DNA from: Selaginella moellendorffii
Taxonomy: Eukaryota > Plantae > Lycopodiophyta
Length of the DNA: 64,000 nucleotides
NCBI RefSeq assembly: GCF_000143415.4
Contig: NW_003314302.1
Coordinates: forward strand, 472,707 to 536,706
Reading direction: 5' to 3'
The notes below the pieces were generated by a model that was not told where the DNA came from, searched no databases, and was given only the letters and a program-made list of their open reading frames with translations. The translations under genes were made by a program, and so were the position numbers. The stretch's first letter is position 1. The number at the start of each line of letters is the position of its first letter. This document shows, piece by piece, positions 1 through 13,170 of this stretch.

Positions 1-1899
1 ATGACATTGTTCCTTGACGATAAACCACGCTTTCAGTCTAAACGGATCCTGGTGAACGATAGATTTATTACTCTTTCTCTGGTTTCAAGGCGAGCTGTAG
101 ATCGCATTGGTGAGTTATTCATTACTTTTGTCCTTTTACTGATAAATGAGCGTCAGGCACTCGGATGTGGAGACGAGGCGCCGACCTTCAAGGGAATGTT
201 GCAAATTTTGTTGAAACCGAGCAAATGCTAGAACTAGATGGCTATCAAGCCTCCTACGTACTGGTATACGATATTTTATTGTTCACGTGTTTTTTTTTTC
301 TCACTCGGGATTTTTTTTGCAGGTCAGGGGCTCAATCCCTGTACTCTGGGAACAAATCGTGGATCTTACTTACAAACCTGTACTTAGCACTGTCTATCCA
401 TCCCAAACGGTACAGCTAAAACTTTGATAAACTTATTCGCTTTGGTGCCTCAGCCTAAGGTGGTCGAGCGACACTTTCAAGATCTTTGTGAGAAGTACGG
501 ATCTGTTTTGGCTGTTGATCTTATTAATCAGGTAACTAGTCGATCCTTCGCACGAAGCAACTCCCTGATTTCATCTTCGTCCATTGTAGCAAGGATTGGA
601 AGGAGTACTGAGCGTGGCATACAAAAATGCAATGATCAAACTGGAAAACGAGAAATTGAAGTATGTATATTTCCGCAGGATATATGTTCAGATGATTCAG
701 CTGAAACTTTCAGATATGTACCGTTTGACTTCCATCGTGTCTGCGGTCAAATCCACTTCGATAAACTGTCTACTCTTCATGATCAAATCGCAGAACAACT
801 GATGCAGCAAGGGTGAAAAAACAATTATTGCTCATACCATTTCAAATATAAGAATGTTTTTGTCCAGGTTTTATCTCGTTAATAGTGAACGTAAAGTTGT
901 GCAAGCCCAGAATGGAGTTGTGAGGACAAATTGTATCGACTGTTTGGATCGTGTGAACGTAACACAGGCAAGTTCTTAATGTTCCGATCAAGCTCAAGTA
1001 GAAAATGTGGTCTTCTATCGTTTCAGAGCTTGATAGCAAGAAGAGCGTTGGAAGCGCAGCTGCAAAAGATCGGGTTTTTCAAGCTGCAAGAAAAAATCGA
1101 GCATCATCCTTGTCTTGAGAAGCACTTCAACCATTGTAATAATCTTTCCTTTCTTTGTTTCCTCCTTGTCTAATCCCTTTCACGTGAAACAGTATGGGCC
1201 GATCACGGTGATGAAATCAGCATTCAGTACACGGGAACACCAGCTCTAAAAGGAGACTTTGTCCGGTGAATCGCCACTGTGAAAGATTGTTTTCTTTTAC
1301 TTTCTCGTGTGCTAGATCGCTAACTTTTGGACGCTGGCTTTTGTAGGCACGGAAGGCGGACAATTTCGGGCTTTATACAAGACGGAATCAGCGCTCTGAC
1401 CCGCTACTACCTCAACAATTTCAAGGACGGCGCTCGACAGGTACAAAGCCTCAATTTTTTTCCAGCTTCCTTGTTGCTTCCTTTTTTCCAGGACGCTATG
1501 GACCTTGTCGCTGGACACTATGTTGTTACGCGTGGAAAGCCGTCTCCTTTCCCCTTTGGGCTGCACGAAGCGATCACAGTTAAGGACCACTGTTTTACTT
1601 GTTCGTCTTGTTCTGAGAGTTTCGCGTCGCTTTTGCGCTTGCAGTGCATGCCGCTTGCCACAAGTTTGATACTACTGCTTTTCGTGTGCTCGGCTTTATC
1701 CCTGAGAAGAGGTAAACGTGCTTCCACTTGTTTGCCGCCGCCTCAGATAGTGTCGATCCGATCTGCAGTGGAGAAAGATCCAGGCCAGCTCTTCAACGCT
1801 GTCGTGTGGGCGACACTCACCGCTAGCATCGTGTCGGCTGTCAGATTAAATGGTCGCCAGTTTTGCTCGAGACCACGCCTGTGCAAGCTCATCTCCTAG
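1..1899 (+). CDS. SAC-domain phosphoinositide phosphatase (SAC6/7/8-type), multi-exon, 5' end outside window
   Basis: Spliced exons give VRGSIPVLWEQIVDLTYKP, YVPFDFHRVCG, catalytic VVRTNCIDCLDRVNVTQ, WADHGDEISIQYTGTPALKGDFVR, RYYLNNFKDGARQDAMDLVAGHY and two C-terminal hydrophobic segments ending NGRQFCSRPRL. Introns are ~50-60 nt. Confidence 0.92.
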
Positions 1900-1920
1900 C
1901 ACGAGCTCTAATAAAAATGG

Positions 1921-2250
1921 TTGGAACTTTAGATAGTGCTCCAGAGGTCAAGAAATCAAAGAAGAAATCAAAGAAAAATAAAGGATAACTTTCATCCAAA
2001 GATTATCTCGTAGAAAAAAAAAATGAATGGCTGGAATTTTAGATAGCGCTCCAGAGCGCAAGAAATGAAAGAAGAAAAGAAAAAAGAGAACTTTCGCATG
2101 TTTTAAATCTTGTGGTGCCCAACTTTCGCAAAAGCTTGTGATGCCCAACTAAGAAGCATCAGGACCTCGAGGAGAAGAGCAATGCTAGATCTAAAAACCA
2201 AAAGAAACAGTTTGGAACTTTAGATAGTGCTCCAGAGCTCAAGAATAAAT
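1921..2250. repeat. Three dispersed copies of a ~35-bp motif TGGAA(C/T)TTTAGATAG(T/C)GCTCCAGAG..CAAGAA
   Basis: Copies start at ~1921, ~2032 and ~2212 in the SAC-KCS intergenic region. Confidence 0.85.
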
Positions 2251-2292
2251 CACAGAAGAAAACCAAAGGACAAGTTCTCGACTTTCACTTTT

Positions 2293-2410
2293 GCCACGTC
2301 ACGTGCCACGCCAGCACCACTATATTTCCGCGAATATGCTCCCCTAGGGCTCTTATTCGCTCGCGAAGAGAGAGAGAGAGAGAGAGGGAGAGAGCGAAGA
2401 GAGAGAAAAA
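2293..2410 (+). promoter_or_regulatory. KCS proximal promoter: ACGT/G-box cluster, TATA-like element and GA repeat
   Basis: gccacgtcacgtgccacg at ~2293-2310, tatattt at ~2321 and a (GA)n tract at ~2366-2406, upstream of the ATG at 2456. Confidence 0.5.
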
Positions 2411-2455
2411 GGAAGAAAAGAGGGGGAGAGAAGGGGGAGGGACGAGCACCATACC

Positions 2456-3988
2456 ATGGCTGTGGAGCTCCAGATCCAAAGCACTAGTAGCAGCGCTCGC
2501 CGCCTCCCCGATTTCCTCCAGGGCGTCAATCTCAAGTACGTGAAGCTGGGCTACCACTACCTCATCACTCACCTCCTCACTCTCCTCCTCGTCCCGCTCC
2601 TCCTCGCCGTCCTCCTCGAGGCCACTCGCCTCGGCCCCGACCAGATCCTCCACCTCTGCCGCCACCTCCAGCTCAATCTCCTCAGCGTCCTCCTCTGCTC
2701 CGCATTGCTCGTCTTCGCCGCCACCGCCTACGCCATCTCCCGCCCCCGCCCCGTCTTCCTCCTCGACTTCTCCTGCTACCTCCCGCCCCCCCACCTCGAG
2801 GTCAAGTTCCAGCGCTTCATGGAGCACTCGCGCCTCTCGGGCCACTTCGACGATCGCAGCCTCGACTTCCAGCGCAAGATCCTCTCGCGCGCCGGGCTGG
2901 GCGAGGAGACGTACCTCCCGGCGGCGCTGCACGAGCTCCCCTCGCGCGCGTGTATGGCCACTGCCCGCCTCGAGGCCGAGGAGGTGATGTTTGGAGCCGT
3001 GGACGAGCTCCTCCAGCGCACCGGGATCCGGCCCAAGGACATCGGCGTGCTCGTCGTCAATTGCAGCCTCTTCAATCCCACGCCTTCCCTGTCAGCCATG
3101 ATCATCAATCGCTACAAGATGCGAGGGAACGTCAAGAGCTACAACCTCGGCGGGATGGGCTGTAGCGCCGGCGTCATCGCTGTGGATCTGGCCAGGGACA
3201 TCCTCCAGGTGGAGCGGAGAACGTACGCGCTGGTGGTGAGCACCGAGAACGTCACCCAGAACTGGTACTCCGGCAACCAGCGCAGCATGCTCATCCCGAA
3301 CTGCCTCTTCCGGATGGGTGGCGCCGCGCTGCTGCTCACGAATCGCCGCGCCAAGAGGCACCGAGCGAAGTACGAGCTCGTCCACACTGTAAGAACGCAC
3401 AAGGGAGCCGACGATAAGTGCTATGGATGTGTTTACCAGGAGCAAGATGGCGATGGAAAGATGGGAGTCTCGCTGTCCAAGGAGCTCATGGCCATCGCCG
3501 GGGACGCTCTCAAGACCAACATCACGACGCTGGGCCCGCTGGTACTGCCGCTGTCCGAGCAGATCATCTTCTTCGTGGTGCTCGTCCTGCGGAAGCTCAC
3601 CAAGCGTAAGAACCGGTTCAAGACTTACATACCCGACTTCAAGCTGGCGTTCGAGCACTTTTGCATCCACGCCGGCGGCCGGGCCGTGATCGACGAGCTG
3701 GAGAAGAACCTGCAGCTGACGGAGCGTCATGTGGAGGCGTCGAGGATGACGCTGCACAGATTCGGAAACACGTCGTCGTCGTCGATATGGTACGAGCTTG
3801 CGTACCTCGAGGCGAAAGGCCGGGTGAAGCGGGGCGACCGGGTGTGGCAGATTGCGTTTGGGAGTGGGTTCAAGTGTAACAGCGCCGTGTGGAGGGCGTT
3901 GCGGAGCATCAAGCCGCCGAGCCACGGGCCGTGGGAGGACTGCATTGACAAATACCCGGTACGCATTCCAGACGCTGTCGAAATTTGA
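2456..3988 (+). CDS. KCS: 3-ketoacyl-CoA synthase (very-long-chain fatty acid elongase), intronless
   Basis: 510-aa ORF with VNLKYVKLGYHYLI, NLGGMGCSAG (catalytic Cys), FCIHAGGRAVIDE, HRFGNTSSSS and WQIAFGSGFKCNSAVW. Confidence 0.98.
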   Translation: MAVELQIQSTSSSARRLPDFLQGVNLKYVKLGYHYLITHLLTLLLVPLLLAVLLEATRLGPDQILHLCRHLQLNLLSVLLCSALLVFAATAYAISRPRPVFLLDFSCYLPPPHLEVKFQRFMEHSRLSGHFDDRSLDFQRKILSRAGLGEETYLPAALHELPSRACMATARLEAEEVMFGAVDELLQRTGIRPKDIGVLVVNCSLFNPTPSLSAMIINRYKMRGNVKSYNLGGMGCSAGVIAVDLARDILQVERRTYALVVSTENVTQNWYSGNQRSMLIPNCLFRMGGAALLLTNRRAKRHRAKYELVHTVRTHKGADDKCYGCVYQEQDGDGKMGVSLSKELMAIAGDALKTNITTLGPLVLPLSEQIIFFVVLVLRKLTKRKNRFKTYIPDFKLAFEHFCIHAGGRAVIDELEKNLQLTERHVEASRMTLHRFGNTSSSSIWYELAYLEAKGRVKRGDRVWQIAFGSGFKCNSAVWRALRSIKPPSHGPWEDCIDKYPVRIPDAVEI

Positions 3989-4471
3989 GTCCCTGGAACA
4001 ACAGACACTCACGTATAAGTATACATAAACTTTGATCTCTTCTTACTCTGCTCTTGTACCACCACCAGCTTTTTACGAGCGATTTTTGAATGAAACCAAC
4101 CATTCGTTTGATCTGTCGTTCTTGACTGCGTCCAGGCATCTCATCTCAGTACGAATCCAGCTGTGCAATTGATAGATACGTTCTATCTGCTTGCCTTGAA
4201 TTCCAATTCTCTGAAGTGATAAAAGTCAGAAATATTGTAGAGTACCTCCAAATTGCTACTTGGAGGGGTCCCAAAAGTCTGCTGCTTGTAGGCCCAGATT
4301 CTCGGGGAGACTAACACGCTTGAAACTCTGGAACAAATTTCAAAGCGAAAGAAACTGTTGGAACAGACATCGGTAGATTATTGTGTACTGGTGTTCAGAC
4401 TTTTTGCCCATCCTTACTCATCATCTTCATCCATTCGAGATGTAAGACAGGCCGGAAACGTGAAAACTTGT

Positions 4472-7367
<2,896 letters not shown>

Positions 7368-7602
7368 TGCCGGCGATACCCTAGAGCTCCTCTGCTGTTG
7401 GAGGAGCTATTCAAACAAAAATTCTCTCACCAAATGCCACGTGTCAGCTGCCTTAAGATGATCCATTTTTTTACTTTTTTTAACCGGTATGTTTTAGGCT
7501 GTTTTGCCACGTCACTGTCAAGTTTAGGGTTTTGATTGCCACATCATCGTCCACGTGGAGATGGGGAGCTAGGGTTTATGGTGGAGGGAAAATATTTGGG
7601 CT
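7368..7602. promoter_or_regulatory. Short bidirectional promoter with G-boxes and telo-box
   Basis: 235 bp separate two divergent ATGs. GCCACGTGTC at 7436-7445, GCCACGTCA at 7506-7514, TTTAGGGTTT at ~7523 and CCACGTGG at 7551-7558. Confidence 0.6.
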
Positions 7603-9331
7603 ATGGCACAGGACAATGGCGCCACAGTGCTCGTCAAGGCGTGGGAGCGGCGCCCACGATGGATGCTCAACAACATCTCGCTCAAGGAGAAGAAACCGGT
7701 GAGTGAGGCGCTGGATTCTCGCCACAAATCCGAAGAAGAAGAGGAATCACAGCGCCGGTCGAGGATTTTCTTTGGGGCAATGAGTTTCGCGAAGAATGTG
7801 GCAAATGTGGCCGCTGTGGAGGGGAATCCCCGGTTTGCGCAGCTTCTCACGCATCCCGTGGCGTTCATGCACTTCGTTCCCAGAGATTTGGCCCTCTTTT
7901 TCGCTGGAGCGTTGGCTGGAGCTACAGCAAAGTCAGTCACAGCTCCACTGGATCGAGTCAAGCTTCTTATGCAAGTAAGTACTTGACAGTCAGTCAAAGA
8001 GAATAGCGTTCTAATGTCTATTTCTTTGTTTTGTTGAACAGGTACAGGGTTTAAAGATAGGCGAAGAAGGTGCAAAGAAGGCCACTGGGTTCATAGAGGT
8101 AGAGCGTTTTTTTTTCCTCTTGTAATGTTCTCTCAACTTTGTGATGTTTTTGCAGGCCATTGTGAAGATCGGTCAGGACGAAGGCTTGAAAGGCTATTGG
8201 AAAGGAAATCTTCCTCAGGTGCAATAACTCTTAAATAAATTCTTTTTCATGCGAGGCTTGCATGTTTTTGTTTGTCACAGGTGATACGCGTGATACCATA
8301 CAGCGCAATGCAGCTTTTTGCATATGAAACTTACAAGGTAAGCTTTCAAAGAGCAGAGGTTTTTGCGGACAGAAAGAGCGATCTTACATTTTCTCATTGT
8401 AGAAATTGTTTAAAGGCACCGACGATGAGCTCTCTGTTCTAGGACGACTAGCTGCGGGAGGATGTGCAGGCATGACTTCCACTCTGGTTGGTGCTGCATT
8501 TTGATGGAAGGTCTCTGTGGTCTTCCTTTGATTTCTATTTTCTTATTCTTCTTCTTCCCCCTTATCGCTGTTTATACAGGTTACATATCCTTTGGACGTT
8601 TTGAGGCTGAGACTAGCAGTTGATCCAGTGGCGAAGTCCATGACCCAGGTTTTCTCTTTATTATGAAGTTTTCATATGCTGATTAAAGCTTTCTTTCAGG
8701 TCGCTCTGGAAATGCTCCGTGAAGAGGGTCTGGGATCGTTTTACAAGGGACTTGGCCCGTCGCTCATGAGTATTGCGCCTTACATAGCAGTGAATTTTTG
8801 CGTCTTCGACTTGTAAGGATCAAACTTTTCTTTTTTCTTCTATCAAATTCTACCATTTTTCTTGTAGGATGAAGAAAACATTTCCGGAGGACTTCCGTAA
8901 GAAGCCACAGTCGTCATTTCTGACGGCGATCGCGTCGGCAACTGTTGCGACTTTGTTGTGCTACCCCCTCGACACAGTTCGCAGGCAAATGCAGATGAAA
9001 GGAACGCCGTTTGGCAGCGTTCTGGAAGCGTTTCCAGGTGAATTAGTTTCCATCTCTTTGTTTCGACAAGAGTTCTATCTTCTTTTCTTTCCTAGGAATC
9101 ATTGAGCGAGATGGGGTGCTTGGTCTGTATCGCGGCTTTGTTCCCAATGCACTGAAGAACCTTCCAAACAGCAGGTAAACCAAAGCTGCGATTTTATGAT
9201 AAATGTTCTCCCTTTTCTTTGCGCGCAGCATCCGCTTGACAACATTTGATGCCGCGAAGAACTTGATCCAAGCTGGGGAAAGCGAATACCAAAAGCTTGT
9301 CCAAGAGAAATGTGACAAGAACATAGACTAA
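7603..9331 (+). CDS. Mitochondrial carrier family protein, thylakoid/envelope ADP,ATP carrier (TAAC/PAPST)-like, multi-exon
   Basis: Three carrier repeats: APLDRVKLLMQ, YPLDVLRLRLA and YPLDTVRRQMQ. Also GYWKGNLPQVIRVIPYSAMQLFAYE and an N-terminal extension. Stop TAA at 9329-9331. Confidence 0.93.
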
Positions 9332-11571
9332 AAGAGTCTCAGTCCATCCATTTTTGTACGAGCATTCATTCATTACAAGTGTTTATTTTAGTTCTCATAG
9401 TTGCGTGGGCATTGTTTTCAAGATTTTCCAGGATTCAGCATAAGTCATCTAATTCAAATTTGTTAGTGAAGATTTAACTTTTAACACTTTTTTGGGGGCA
9501 TATGGCTACAAGTTCGACTGCGATGGAGTTCATGGCCTCCTCAAGTACACCAAGCCTCTTTGCCCAGTTTCAGTGAACGCTGTTGTTACTCTGAGCTCTG
9601 AGCTGCTGTGCCCTCTGCCTGCTGTATTCGCGTATGTTTCAATTCGTTTTGACTGCTAAAACTTTATGAACTGGATGGACGTCTGAGGAGTAAGCTTCAT
9701 GAATAAATAAAAGCTTCGAGTTTGGTGCTTAGTTTTGTATTGCTGTTGTTGTGTTATTGAAGACTGCTCAGCAAAGCTCATTATCACATTATGGTCGATC
9801 TAAAGTGTACAATTATATATTTTCTCACTGGCTGGCTCCCCTTTCCCTTTCAATTTCACCATATGCTCGAGAAAACCTCACGTCCTTGCGAAGTGCTGCG
9901 TAACATGTTACCTGAGAGGATGCCATGTTTTAAGTCACGCACCGCGCTCCATGCTTTACGTTGACTCTCAACGTAGAACGTAATTAGCATCATTTTCGGC
10001 ATCAGAAAGCATAGGATGGCAATCATTTTCACTCGAGGATGGTTGCCTGCCTGATTGTTCTTGCTGCGCTAAGGCTAGCTCAGACAGTCCAAGATGTAAC
10101 TTAAAGTGGAAAGAGAGGTGGTAACTAAAGTATGAGTAGTAATGCTTGAGGGGAATTTGTTGAAATCAAACAATTAAAAGGAAGATAGTGGTGTAACTGT
10201 GCCTTTTAAAGGTGAAAAATGAATTTGAGGATCTGAACGGGTAAACAAGATTCTTTGATTTGCTATAAAATATACTATAAGTCCTATAAATATGAAATGG
10301 CCGTACAAGGGTTCCCCTGTTGCACATTGTCAATGATGATTGAAGGAAGCCCTGCCCTTTTAAAGAGACCCTTGATTCCAGATACCATTGCAAATAATTT
10401 TCTATACAAATATCCTTTTAAAAAACATAATGGCTTCTTTTAAAATTTATTTATTTATATTTAATCAAAGAAAATTTATACATTACATCGAAGTTTCTTA
10501 TTCCAATAAGTAAAACATTTATTTTTTCCGTGATACCAATACGAGTTTAAAAAGGCATTCAGAAACTGTGAGATTAAAAGAAAGAGTAAATCCAAATTTT
10601 CCAAAGGACAAGGAAATTACTGGAAAAATACCGACCAAGCTTTTGCTTGTACATTCATTCACAAATTGTGATGAGACGTGACGCTTCCAGGAACAATTTG
10701 ATAACTGAGAGTCAAGATGAATGTTCGCCGCTCCAGTTCAGCGAGCCCTTCGGGTCTATAGCGATTCTGCTTGGTGCAGCCATTTCGCTGGACAGCTTGA
10801 GAACTTCAGCGAGATCCATGGGCTGGATTGGGTCTGCCTGGAACTCGAACTGTTGAGCCAATCGAGCCGTCCAGAGGACGTCCGAATGGAGCGAGACGTG
10901 CTCCAGCATGATCGTTGATGCAGAGCATGGAGTCTCCACGGATGGTCACACCATACCTCCAATCTTTTTCACCCTGGAAGGATTCTACTTGATCTTCTCC
11001 CTCCATACTCGAGCCCAGAATGCAAGTGATCCATCCTCCCCTCCACCACCTTCCTCAAAGCGTCCTTGCAAGCCATTTATTTGTATTTGATCACTGTTAT
11101 TACGCAAACTAAACATTAGTAGCAAATTATTTGATTAAGAACTTTATTTATAGAAGCATAGAAATTATATATAGAGATTCTTAAATTATTTTAAGTTTTT
11201 AGATTTTAAGCTATAAAGTGATGGAGGCAAAATAATTAAAAGGTTTCCTCTTCTACAAGAGATTCAAGACAAAGCATGGGAATCACTCACTGCTGTAAGC
11301 TTAGACCTGTGCGACAATGAATGGCTTGCTTGTAAATAGCAAAAAGCTTTCCTCGTTGACTGGTCCTGAATTTGTTGACCAGGATGCGCAAGCCACATAA
11401 ATAAAGTATTCTTCAGGCCCTTTGCGCCATTTTACCCTGAAAAAATGGGTTTACCCTTGCAAAACGAAACACAGGGGGTAGAAAATATCAAAATTTTCAC
11501 CCTGGTGAAAAGGTAAAAGTGAAGTTTCAAATGAAACCTTTTTTGTTATACACGTTATTAATAATAATTCA

Positions 11572-11752
11572 AGGACGAGGTCGCGATATGTACGCCAAAT
11601 GCCACAGTTTGGGAGACGCTTATGCGGTGTTCCAGAGAATGCCATGCCACGGCTTGGTTTCCTGGAACGCTCATTCGTTGGCTGCGAAGAGAGGCTGTGA
11701 CTCGGATAAGTCTGGTTGATTTTTATATGAGGTTTGGGAGCATGGCAGAAGC
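11572..11752 (+). pseudogene. Internally deleted fragment of the neighbouring PPR gene
   Basis: Matches 13423-13509 (DMYAKCHSLGDA.AVFQRMPCH.LVSWNA) joined directly to sequence matching ~13690-13780 (HSLAAKRGCD), followed by a stop and frameshift. Confidence 0.88.
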
Positions 11753-12563
11753 AACTATCTTTCAAGAAGGCTAATAACTGTGGTGCTGTGTATGGCAAGC
11801 AATATGTGACATTCGGTTTTGTCTAAGGTGGCACTTCTGGTGGTCGTCTTATCAAAATCCCAGTGTCTGTCACACTTGCGTAACTTGAGAATCCACATCG
11901 GCGAACCGCTCTTTTAACGTTCTCCATTTGGCCATGGTGCGAGGGGGGGCGATGTGCTGAGTGGCGCTGTCCAGAGGCCATGGACTGACAAGGAAACCTC
12001 ATCTTACCAGACTAGGAGATAAACCGTAACCTAATGTCAGCGGCGAATAAAGGTCCCTGGCGTGCAGAAAGTTATACTTGATAAGACTGTAAAGTGCCTC
12101 TTTTGCTGATCATCTGCTGTCCTCGAATTCAACTTTGGAGACAAGATCGCTAGCTCTGGCCCTGACTCAAAAGCCTTTTCAACGTCGCAAAACACCCTAC
12201 GCTCGTGTAAGAACTTCCAGTTGAGCCACGTTGATTTCATATTAACCATGTCATGTTAATAACATAAGATAATTTCTCAGCAACTGTCGCGAGCAGAGAG
12301 ATCCTCCCACCAACGTACCCATAGATGTCCCTCCCACAAGTCCTCTGGAATGTCAGCTGCAAGCTCTTCATGGAAAAAGGCGTGCGCCTCCTCCTCCACC
12401 AGCTCTCCCACCACTGCAACCTCCGGCATAAGTCCTTGAACGGGCTCGGATAGCTAGAATAACATTGGGGGCTGCAGATCCTTTTCTATCAGCATGATAA
12501 TCGCAATTTTGCAGTGTTGCGAGATCACCGGGTTCCACTGTTGGAGCCTGTCAGCATGGTCAA

Positions 12564-12835
12564 TGGGAAGCCACTTTAACGGGCTGTGGCTCGCCTGTTA
12601 ACTTGATCCAGCCGTTGGCAGCCATTGGATCGAGTCAGGTTCTCTACGAAAATTTTACTGTTGTCAGCCACATTCTGGAGAACGTATCAGGTTCTAGAGA
12701 ATGTGGCTGACAACTGCTAGGTTCTCCAGAACCCAACTGCCAGCCGTGAGGTTCTAGAGAACTCTCTCATCCTCCAATAACGTTATTACACGTGTCCATT
12801 AACGGTCTCGCCACAGCCCGTTAAGGCCGTTCCCA
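12564..12835. repeat. Nested inverted-repeat (fold-back/MITE-like) structure
   Basis: Outer arms TTAACGGGCTGTGGC (12576-12590) and GCCACAGCCCGTTAA (12810-12824). Inner hairpin at 12660-12714: GTTGTCAGCCACATTCT...AGAATGTGGCTGACAAC. Confidence 0.75.
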
Positions 12836-13170
12836 GGCACGGCCTCGCTCGTTCCCTCCAGAATGCACTCGCTGGGCTAACGCCCGGCTCGCCCGTTTTG
12901 GGCAGGAACGTGCTCACCCTACCCGGGAACTGCCTCATCCCCAAGCACTTTCCCATTCATAAAGAGACCCTTGATTCCAGACACCATAACCGAAACACCG
13001 CAGTTGCAAATGGAGAAGAGCTGGCCTTGAGATGCGCCTACGCATGTTGATTAGTATCGTGTGGTTAAGCCACACTTACCCTTCTAAAGCAAACCTAAGA
13101 TTATGCGAATTAAATCTCTTTAGCCATAACAATAAGAGGAAGTTTAGGGTTTTAGGGGCGTCATGAGTAA

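Noticed and set aside
2285-4012. Long antisense ORFs over KCS (similar ones over the PPR, APH-like and AO genes)
   Set aside because: Shadow ORFs caused by high GC3 codon usage of the real genes.
10647-11090. GC-richer patch with several short ORFs
   Set aside because: No recognisable domain or consistent frame. Possibly a gene fragment, but it cannot be supported.
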